Shown here: piece by piece, positions 38,001 to 50,000 of the stretch
Layout of the letters: each line of letters begins with the position of its first letter
How positions within the stretch are numbered: position 1 is the stretch's first letter
Source of the DNA: Bugula neritina
Lineage: Eukaryota > Animalia > Bryozoa
Length of the DNA: 64,000 nt
Direction of reading: 5' to 3'
NCBI GenBank assembly: GCA_964035545.1
Contig: OZ037768.1
Coordinates: 1,706,741-1,770,740 of the forward strand
The notes under the pieces: generated by a model
What the model was told of the DNA's origin: nothing
The model's input: the letters and a program-made list of their open reading frames with translations, nothing else
The model's database searches: none
Translations under genes and position numbers: made by a program

Positions 38001-41000
38001 CAACTAAAGCAAAGCCTACTACAGTCAAACCAACTACAGCAAAACCTACTACAACTAAACCAACTACAGTCAAACCTACTACAGTCAAACCAACTACATT
38101 CAAACCCACCACCTCAAAGGCAGTACCTGCTGGTCCACTTCCTGGAGATTGTGACTTCCAGAAAGATTTCTGTGGATATTCCAGAAGTCGTACACCTAAC
38201 TTCTATTTCTCCTGGCAGTTGCGAGATGATGTGTCACCGTCAAGTGGACCCACTACTGGTCATACAGGGAAAGGTACGTCAACTATTGTAGTATTATAGT
38301 GAGTTGGTGAGAATAAGTTGAAATTAAGTATATATATGTGTGTATACCATGTATACTAGCACTAGCCAATAAGGTATATGGCACCATTTTGTAATGTCAA
38401 AATCTTCTGCTTATTAATATTTTCCTCAAACAAAATGCTGGGATGAGAACATTTTGAAATCACTCAGAAACTGAAATCATTTGAATATTTGTATCCTTTC
38501 AGGAAGAGACTTTCTGGTTGCTGACGCTACTAAGTTTAGTCCTAAAGTAACAACAATGACCTCTCCTATGTTATCAAGTAGAGCTCAGTGTTTACAGTTT
38601 TATTATCACTCGTCTGGAGTCAATCAGAAGAATGTTGGACTGGAAGTGTTATATAAGAACAGCAGTTCAAGTGAAGTTCTGTGGAGTCACTCTGGAGATG
38701 AGGGAAATCAATGGAATAAAGTGATGATAGATTTACCTGCAGGGAAAGATAAATACCAGGTAACGGCTCATTCCACTCATTTAAGTATTTTTATATGAGT
38801 AACTGTTTGTAATTTCTAATTTACAGAATATTAACTTATAAGGGCATAAAAAAATTTATTTTTGAATGAACTTTACTAGAAAACTATGGTATAGTACACT
38901 ATGCATATAATTTAGGTTGTGTTTCAAGCGAAAAAGTTAAGCACCAGTTTCCTGGATAAATTTGAGGTGATTGGCTTGGATGACATCAGCTTCTCCACAT
39001 CTCCCTGCTCAGGTGTGTATATAGTTATATAATGGAAGGATTTTATACCTTTCATTCAGTTACTAATATACTTATATGCATTGGTATTTATTAATTTTTG
39101 TCTGCTTAAGAGTGATCATATAAATGTGCCTTGTGCATTCCTCCTACTTTCTTCTAATATTAACATCAAAATTGATGACATTTTTTTCTACAAATTCTCA
39201 GTGAATCAGATTGAACGTCTCATTTATATTGCCACCATCATTTATATTCTCATTTAGTACTGATCAAGTAAATTCAATAAATAGATTTAGTAGAGCACAG
39301 TATCATCTGTATGCAGGGTGGGTTCTAAACTCTTGGTGTATTTATAAATTCAATTGCAATTTTCATCACAAAAAATATTTACTATCACATGTCTATGTAG
39401 CTGCAGCTATACCTATACCTCTACCTTTTACAGCCAAACCCACTACAGTCAAACCAACTACAGTCAAACCAACTACAGTCAAACCAACTACAGTCAAACC
39501 CACTACAGTCAAACCAACTGCAGTCAAACCTACTACAGTCAAACCTACTACCGTTAAACCAACTACAGTCAAACCAACTACAGTCAAACCCACTACAGTC
39601 AAACCCACTACAGTCAAACCAACTGCAGTCAAACCTACTACAGTCAAACCTACTACCGTTAAACCAACTACAGTCAAACCAACTACAGTCAAACCCACTA
39701 CAGTCAAACCAACTTCAGTCAAACCAACTACAGTCAAACCAACTACAGTCAAACCAACTACAGCTAAACCCACTACAGTCAAACCAACTACAGTCAAACC
39801 TACTACAGTCAAACCTACTACAGTCAAACCAACTACAGTCAAACCCACTACAGTCAAACCAACTACAGTCAAACCTACTACAGTCAAACCCACTACAGTC
39901 AAACCAACTACAGCTAAACCAACTACAGTCAAACCAACCACCTCAAAGGCAGTACCTACTGGTCCACTTCCCGGAGATTGTGACTTCCAGAAAGATCTGT
40001 GTGGATATTCCAGAAGTGACACGTCTAACTTCTTTTTCTCCTGGCAGCTGCGAGATGATGTGACATCTTCAAGTGGACCCTCTACTGGTCATACAGGGAA
40101 AGGTTTGTACTAATATTAACTCGAGGAAAAAAAATTAAAACTCACTTGATGTTAATAGTAAAAGTATTTATAACTGTCATTTAATCTAGTGTTGGGATGT
40201 CAAGGTTTTGTTTTGCCTTCTTCACCTTAGAAATGTAATTACTAGTTTGCATAATTCTTTTTAGGAAGTATATGCTAAAGCATAAATTTATTTAAAATTT
40301 CAGGAACAGACTTTCTGGTTGCTGACGCTACTAAGTTTAGCCCTAAAGTAACAACAATGACCTCTCCTACGTTATCAAGTAGAGCTCAGTGTTTACAGTT
40401 TTATTATCACTCGTCTGGAGTCAACCAGAAGAATGTTGGACTGGAAGTGTTATATAAGAACAGCAGTTCAAGTGAAGTTCTGTGGAGTCACTCTGGAGAT
40501 GAGGGAAATCAATGGAATAAAGTGATGATAGATTTACCTGCAGGGGAAGACAACTACCAGGTAATGACTCATTTTACTCATTCATGTTGAAGCTTGTAAC
40601 AATAGGACAGTTTTCTATTACTCATTGTAAAAAGATAAAAATTTAAAATTATAATTTGCAAGGTATAAATTCAAGCAGAAAGTTGTTTACCATATCTTTG
40701 TTAAAGTTTTCACTAATTGAAATTGTCACCTATATTTGCAGATTGTGTTTCAAGTGAAAAAGTTAAGTACTAAATTGTTGGAAAAATTTGAGGTGATTGG
40801 TTTGGATGACATCAGCTTCTCCACATCTCCCTGCTCAGGTGTGTATGTAGTATATCAATATATCTATACAGTGTCTTGGTGCTATGTTGGGTTTAAACAT
40901 CTAAACTGTATCAAAATCCATATCTGTAAATATTAGTTATAAGTCGAAGCTGATCCTAATCTTATAATTAGATGTTATATATTTTTAGACATGCCCTTTC

Positions 41001-44000
41001 TCCGGGTTGTTTTGCAATAAAATAGCTGCCATTCAAACAGTTCAAATTTAAATATTATTTGTTTATGAAACTGCGAAAGCTTTGCCTACATTTCCTATAA
41101 GTACTCTGAATGATAAGGATTTTTCATGGCTGTCTAAACAAGCTAATTAGTTGATCTAAATTCAGCTTTATCTTTAGCTTTGTTATCCTTCACAGACTCT
41201 GGTAGTTTTATCTGCCCTCTTAGTGCCATGTTTAAACTATTTATAGTTTTCTAGTCAGTAGAGTATTATGTCTCCATATACCGTGTTATTCTCTCTCAAT
41301 TTCTTGTTTCCTCAATTGTTGATAGCAGGTGGTAAGTGTGTTCATTTCAACAACTTTTGAAAAGTTTTTGAACAGTTACTTTGCACTAATGTCAAACATT
41401 TTTGGAATATTTCTCAATTTCTATTTTTGAGCCATACTAAAGGAGCATGCATGTATAATCTATATTTGCCAATTGGTTTCCTTTATATTTCTCTTTCATG
41501 AGGTAAAAGAATTTTGCATGCCATGTTTTTGTACAATGTGCAAGTTGTCTGCCCACATCCCATTTGCTGTGGTGTAGAGTTTTATTCCTGTCAAGTTAAA
41601 CCATCAAACTGACAATTTGCTGGTAAATTTGGATTTGAATTAATTAATTAATTAATTAGACTCTGGATTTGATTCAACATTTTTGACCCAACACTACTTT
41701 GCCGTAGGGATGACATCATCGACCCTAACAGTGACATCATCGACCCTAGCAGTGACATCATCGACCCTAGCAGTGACATCATCAACCCTAGCAGTGACAT
41801 CATCAGTTACCACAGTAACCTTGGCAACTGTCACAACAGAAGGGCCAAGATTAAATAAAACAGCCGACTGCAGCTTTGAGACTGATTTGTGTGGATATGT
41901 TTTGGTGCCTCGCAGCTTTTCTTTCTTTTCTTGGCAAAGAGCTGACAATTTCTCTACAGTCTCCGTGATGCCAGAGTTCGGTACGTAGACAGGTAGTGTC
42001 ACAGGTAGTGTCACAGGAAGTGTCACAGGAAGTGTCACAGGAAGTGTCACAGGAAGTGTCACAGGAAGTGCTGGGTTTCTAATTAAATGCAGTTCAGTCT
42101 GGATATACACACAGTTTGCTTCGCTCTGTCAAATTTTCACAATGTTCAAAGTTGCTGTATCCAAACTTGCAAATAGCCTCAGTGCAACCTTCCTATGCCT
42201 TGGGCTATGACCTCATATCTTGTAACTTTAGGATACAAATAAGGTATTCCATTATGACTGTAAATATATTCATTTCGAATAAAAGTCCAAGAAATGCCTT
42301 TAAAATGCCTAATAAAACAAACACTACAATTTTACTCAATTCATTTTAAAGATGACTCTAAACTTGAGTGAAAAATTGAGCATTAATTGGTTGACTAATC
42401 ATTTTGAATAAATTTGTTTTTAATTAAATTTATTTATTAACAAATATCTTGAGTAAATCATATAAAATATGAATCTGCATTCTAACTGATGAATTCAAAG
42501 CTAGGATAGAAAAAGACCGGCAGGATTACTCAGTCAATATGGTAAGTGTGACTGTGTGCTACAAGTCATCTGCTACTATGTTTATCTCTGTTTTTGTTTG
42601 CAGGCTCTCATTACATGCTCACTGACATCTCCGCGCTTGGACAAACCAACATTGCTACAATGACCTCTCCTATCTTATCCAGTGGAGCTCAATGTCTGCA
42701 GTTTTACTATCATGTTGCTGGAGTAAATCAGGCGAATTCTTCTCTTGAAGTTGCGTATATAAATTCCAGCTTATCTCAAGCCCTGTGGAGTCACTCTGGA
42801 GATGAGGGAAATCAGTGGAATAAAGTGATGATAGATTTACCTGCAGAGAGAGACAACTACCAGGTACGAAAACAACTCATTTTTTGTTGCCAAAGTTGTT
42901 GATGGTGTTTGCTGTTTATTTACTCTGTGTGATACATATTTCTCGCATATACACATATTCCATATTTTTCTTTTCATGCATCCGTATTTAGGATTGTCCC
43001 CCATTCATAGCATTTCTAATGTATATTCATTTTTATGATAAACAAAATAATGAGCAAATTTACCTTAAATTTCTTCCAATACTTTCATGGAGTAAATAAT
43101 GTATATAATAATATCAATAATATTATGCACCGTGCTCTGTTTTTAACTAAACTCACCGTAATTTCAGGTTATATTTCGAGTAATTCGCCGGAATAAGACA
43201 GATGTGAATGAAGAGAACTTAATTGCTGTGGATAACATTAAATTTCTGATGACATCATGCTCGGGTGACTCATCATTTAACTTAGTATTACTTTATTTAC
43301 TCATTGTTTATTATTGACTTCATTTGCTATGATAATTGTTGATTTCTCCTTATATAGTCTTCTCTTGGAGTATTGAAGTTGTACTGCTGTAATTTGATTG
43401 GCTGTTGGATGAACTTTGTTGCCTATTGGTCATTTGATTGGCTGTTGAAGTGTTGATATCACTATAAGATCTACTAACATTCTACCTGCTTATGGTTGTT
43501 AGTTGCAACACTACCAACACTGCGTAACGTGAAGTCTCACTAGTTTTTCTAACTGTTTTGTATTCTTCTCCAGAAAACACGAGCAGCTCTGTGCCCACTA
43601 CAGCTGCCACTACAACCACCCTTCCCACGGTAGACATCTCTGCTCTCTCCGACTGTATCCTCGCTGATAACCTCACTTCCTGTGGCATCACACTGTCGTC
43701 AGGGGTCACCGCATCAGCCGACCCTGACTCTCAAGGTTAGTGAGGCTAAGATTTACATATCTGCTTATACACACGTCTGCTTACGTACACGTCTGCTTAT
43801 ATACACGTCTGCTTATATACACGTCTGCATATATACACGTTTGCTTACATAAACGTCTGCTATTCCAGGAGTTCAGTGGACCTTCTCTTCCAACCATTCA
43901 GCAATCCAAACTGAATCAGTCACTTTCCCAGCGTTTTCTGGCAGCTCTAAACCTTTCTGCCTTGATTTCTCCTACAAGTTTACATTCAACGAATCAGGGA

Positions 44001-47000
44001 CTGTAGAACTCATGGTGGAGTTAGAGGATGGTGGGCCTCAGCCTCATCAGATATTCCTACACTGGCAGCAGACGACATCGTGGAACAGGAAGATGCTGTC
44101 TGTTCGTCCTCTCTCTACGAACTACCGAGTGAGTCTTGAAACTCTTTTTATAGAGAAACCTAGTGCTGATTTTCTAATGTAAACTGGTAAATGTTTTGCC
44201 CTTTAAAACTGGTGCCTGTTAATATTATATTGGTTTCATGGTCTAGATTCTAGAATATTGTTATTTTAAGCTTATACATGTAGTCTATGTGTAAACACAA
44301 CTCAACATGTGCTTTTGTGTTTCATTTTGTCTATTCCTACACTTTCAGGTATCGATGGAAGTTGTATTTGTGAATCAACACAGTGAAGGGGAAGTTTTGT
44401 TGCGCAATGTTAGCTTTACACCAAATGAGTGTAAGTATAGTGTATATACAGTGTGTAAGTGTAGTGTATATACAGTGTGTAAGTATAAAGTATATATTCT
44501 GTAAGTAAATGGTATATACTCTGTAGGTATATGCTGTGTAAGTTTAGAGAGTATACTGCGGAAGTATATACCATGTAAGTATATAATGTGTAAGTGTATA
44601 TACGCTATTGTAGGTCCCACAACTACTGCACCTACACTCAGCACATCTACAGTACATCCGTCCCTCCAGCCATTTGAATGTCACTTCAATGCCGAGTTCT
44701 GTGGGTTTACTCACTCCATGACCAGCAGTGAGAACTTCCAATGGAAAACTCACCAGTATGGAGGTAAGTTGTTTTAACTTACACTTACCTGTATATAAAG
44801 TTCAACATACACTTACCTGTATATAAAGTTGTAGGTGTAGAATTTTTTTTTTTTCTAGTGGCCATTTTAAGAGTTTTGCTAATTTCGTAAAATGTCTTAA
44901 ACAGTTTTATGACTGTTTTAACATGGCTCTGTTACTGTAGCTTTGCTTTAATTAGGTTTTTGTTTTTTAGAAATATTATACCGACTTTGTTAAACACGTG
45001 GATTTTGGTTATTAAAAGTTTTTAGGTAGTGTGTAGTTTAGACAGTGTATAGTCTATTATAACTATGTAGTTTAGACAGTGTATAGTCTATTATAACTAT
45101 GTAGTTTAGACAGTGTATAGTCTATTGTAACTATGTAGTTTAGGCAGTGTATAGTCTATTATAACTATGTAGTTTAGGCAGTGTATAGTCTATTATAACT
45201 ATGTAGTTTAGGCAGTGTATAGTCTATTATAACTATGTAGTATAGACAGTGTATAGTCTATTATAACTATGTAGTATAGACAGTGTATAGTCTATTATAA
45301 CTATGTAGTTTAGGCAGTGTGTAGTCTATTATAACTATGTAGTTTAGACAGTGTAGTCTATTATAACTATGTAGTTTAGACAGTGTATAGTCTATTATAA
45401 CTATGTAGTATAGACAGTGTATAGTCTATTATAACTATGTAGTTTAGGCAGTGTGTAGTCTATTATAACTATGTAGTTTAGACAGTGTAGTCTATTATAA
45501 CTATGTAGTTTAGACAGTGTATAGTCTATTATAACTATGTAGTTTAGACAGTGTATAGTCTAGCATAACTATGTAGTTTAGAACCACTTCTCTACATGCA
45601 GGTGTGTCAGTACTCAGCTCATGGGGAGATAAACCCGAAAGAGCCTCATTTATCTCTCCTGTATTACCATATACTGGAGAGATCTGTGTTACCATGGAGA
45701 TGTACACTTCTATATCAATGGTGGTGCACGTCACGGAGCAGTATTCTAACTCCTCCCACCTAGTGGCTGGAATCAACACACTCAACAATACTGAACTTAT
45801 TAGCTTCACTTTGAACGTCTCAACTGAGTCCCAGGTTAGGGCAGTCAATTTGTTTCACCTTGTATCACCTGCAGTTACCTGGTCTTACCTGCAATTACCT
45901 GGTCTCACCTGATCTCACCTGCAATTACCTGGTCTCACCTGATCTCACCTGCAATTACCTGTAATTACCTGATCTCACCTGCTCTCACCTGCAATTACCT
46001 GGTCTCACCTGTAATTACCTGGTCTCACCTGATCTCACCTGCAATTACCTGGTCTCACCTGATCTCACCTGCAATTACCTGTAATTACGTGGTCTCACCT
46101 GTAATTGCCTGGTCTCACCTGATCTCACCTGCAATTACCTGGTCTCACCTGCAATTACCTGTAATTACGTGGTCTCACCTGTAATTACGTGGTCTCACCT
46201 GATCTCACCTGCAATTACCTGGTCTCACCTGTAATTACGTGGTCTCACCTGCTCTGAATTAATTTACTTATAATGAGTTGTATGCATTAATGAAAATGCG
46301 TTTCTAACCATGGCGGATGTATTTTACTTTCAACTGTCGACAAGTATGTTAAACTAGAAATAATGTGGATCATTGTCTGGCTTAGCTTGAGATCTTACAC
46401 TAACTGAAAATGTTCCTTGTTTGAGCAGTATCATGTGTTTTGAGAGAATTATATTGCCAAATCACTGTTCTATTTCTGTAGATAAAGTTGGATGTTGTGA
46501 ATCCTTCGTGTCCTGGTTTTGTTCACCTGACTTATATCAACATCACCAACTCTGCCTGTAAGTGTTATATACTCTATATACTCTATATATCAACATTACC
46601 AGCTGTAAGTGTTACTCATATACTCTATATTCCATATATATAAAAAAATTTTATAGGCACTCTCTTATCCTTATTAATTTGATCATTCAGGCTCCTTAGT
46701 TATCAAGTAACTACGAATATTATGTGAGGTGAAGAGTGGATAGCTACTAATATTGTGAGACATAATAGTGGCAGTGGTAGTGAACAAAGCATTCAGTTTA
46801 TGAAGTATTTTAGAGAGTTGTCTGCCCTCAGCTGCAGCTTGATAATATCTCTCAGCCATTTGCCTTGAGAGTTGCTGGTTGTGAAAAGAAGAAATGTTGT
46901 GAGCGTAGTTTGAGGCCCAACGGAAAGCCCGTAACAGAGGAATTATTTCCGAGATTGTTGCTATAAACATACACAACTTCTGTATAAGTATATTGTATGT

Positions 47001-50000
47001 TTGAAGGTGATAGAGAGACTGACCTGGCGCAGTACAATTCCTCGAGAAGTTGTCCTCCCACCACAGTGGCGCCTACAACATTGACTTCTACAACTCCAAC
47101 GCTCTCTACGGTACAGACAACCACACAACCATCTACGACTACAACTTTGCCACGCGAGGCTGATTGCGATTTCACAAACTCGCTCTGTAGCTACGAGACT
47201 AACTCGCAGATCTCGTTCAGGTATTCGTGGAAGAGATACGTTGGCGCTGACTCCGCTGCCACGCCTCAAGCAGACAGAAACGGAGATCCAAGTTAGTATT
47301 TCAATTCTATGAGTGTTTCACGGTTGGCTGGCAATAGGGTTGCTCTAGGGTTGCTCGAGAATTGTTCATCAGAGTAGATAGGAGAGTACATTATATATGG
47401 TCACTTATCTTACGTGCTTTCAGACTTTACTCTGTTGAAATCATAGCAGAAGCGAAACATCAGTGAAACAACTAATATAAATGATGACTGCTCAGTATAG
47501 GGACCACAAAGTTAGATAGTATGTTAAGTGTAACAGTGCAGATAGGTCAATAGTAAAACTCTGTAGAGGTCAATAGTAAAACTCTGTAGAGGTCAATAGT
47601 AAAAATCTGTAGAGGTCAATAGTAAAACTCTGTAGACGTCACTGTAACTGGGAACTATTCAGATCTTTTAGCAATGCGTTCAGCAGAATGCAGTTATATC
47701 TCGCATCTGTTCTGCCATAGGTTCAGTAGCTGTCAGTCTTCTAGTATAAATGGAAAGGTCATTCAAAGGTCAATTCTTACTATCACCCTTGAAGGATATT
47801 TATGTTTCATATCTGTAGTGAGCTGCCAAACCATCTGTTAGATGTAGATCTTTGCTTAACCTCAGCATAACTCTAGATTTGGTGATTGGTTCATCTCGTA
47901 GTCATACAACTACAAGTTCCTTTGTACTTAGGCTATTTATATAGACTAAAATTCTGCTCTTCCTAACCTTATGATAGACTACAGAATGGTATAGATTTAC
48001 ATCAACCTTAAATTTCCAACTGTTTGAGAAGTAATTGAAAATGAGCAATCTTGCTATAATACTAGTATACTGTAACATATACACTACACTGTAACATATA
48101 CACTACACTGTAACATGTACACTACACTGTAACATGTACACTACACTGTAACATATACGCTACACTGTAACATCTACACTACACTGTAAAATCTACACGA
48201 CACTGTAACATATACATTACACTGTAACATATACATTACACTGTAACATATACGCTACACTGTAACATATACACTACGCTGTAACATATACACTACACTG
48301 TAACATACACTACACTGTAGCATGTACACTACACTGTAACATGTACACTACACTGTAACATCTACACAACGTTTATATGCTTTTGTAGATGGGTATTTTC
48401 TCGCTGCCGTATCTACGCTCATTGGGCAAGGAGCTACGCTGACTTCACCGATGCTGTCGGCTGACGCCAAGTGTTTTGAGTTTTACTACTACTCCGCCGG
48501 CACTAACGCTGACCAGGTCTCCTTGGATGTCATCTATACCAGCGGCAGCGACAATGAGATCCTGTGGAGTCAGTCTGGAGATGAGGGAAATCAATGGAAT
48601 AAAGTGACTATAGGTTTACCTGCAGGGAAAGACAACTACCAGGTATATAACCAGGATATCGGCTCACCTGTGTGGTCACTCATGCATGGTGACAAATTGT
48701 GATATAACTTTGTTAATTGATATAATGCTAAGAACTAATCCTTCTATAGATAGTTTTCAATTACCGGACTGTACATTTACAATGTTAATGTGTGCATGCG
48801 GATATTGCAATAGAGTGGTTAGTTTAATTTTAATATTTTTCACTTCATGTTTAATAGACAATATTATGCTGTTAGTAGTTTTGTTAGATAGTTTCACGTA
48901 TGAATTACTCAGAATAACATAAAGTTTTTCATAATCAATTTCAGCTGATATTTGAGTCTAAGAAACAGGGATATGGATCGTTAGAAAATGCTACTATTGC
49001 AATAGATGGGATCAATTTCACAACAGCCTCTTGTAATGGTAATGACTTACACCAAGTTCACCAACTATCTTGAGTTTATTTATTTAATCGATTTTTTACT
49101 TATAATTGTGATGTTTATTCTTTTCTGTAAAACAATTTGGTTTCACTGATGAGTTACTTTTGAAAAAAGGGAAAATATTGAGAGAAAAATTTATTGAGCT
49201 CTATTATTGTTTGTTATTGATTGCTTATTGTTTTATAATATTAAAAGTGACGTAGAACCGACTGCATTGTGTTGAAGGTAATGAGTTTGATTTGCTTGTA
49301 ATTCTTTGACATATTAATTTCATTATTATTGATATAATAGCAGTAGAAATATTTTATTAATTTGAAGGTGGGTGGCTATGTACATACAGACTTAAAGCTT
49401 TTGCATAGAAAAAGTTCTAATTAATATTTTATCATGAGGAGTTGTGAGTCAATGAAATAAACAATTGTGCAGAAAAATTGCTATCCAAGCCAAGTTTAAA
49501 AACATCTAGAAAATGCTTGTTTGTATTCAAGTGTATTTCAAACAATTACCAACAGTATAATTATGATGCCGAGGCTTACTGTTAGGTTCGGTGGCTGCAC
49601 CAACCACCACCACCATAACCCCACCCACCACTGACCCCTCTCAGCTGGATGTTCCGGGTCACTGCTCATTTGACACTCTGGGAGATCTCTGTGGCTACAG
49701 CAACCTTGACACTACGGACTTGGACTGGAGACAGTTGAATGGTCCAAGTACGACTATGTATACAGGACCTCCTACCGACCATAGTGGTACAGGTGAGTGT
49801 ATGGTATAGTATGTAATACCGTATTACAGATGTGTTACCTGTATACCACAGCAGTATAGACTGTATCATACAGCATTGTCAACGTATTGCACATGACGGC
49901 TAGTAGCAGTTATAAGCACACTGTCCTGTGTTTAGGATACTACATGGGGACAGATGCATCCTCCCCTGCCACCCCCAACACCACCTTCCAGATGGTCAGT

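Noticed and set aside
29309-40022. Long minus-strand ORFs of (VVGLT)n and (CSGF/CSWFD)n, and alternative-frame (SNQLQ)n/(SQTNY)n ORFs
   Set aside because: Shadows of the 15-bp KPTTV coding repeat; only the KPTTV frame is connected by splice sites to signal peptide and MAM exons.
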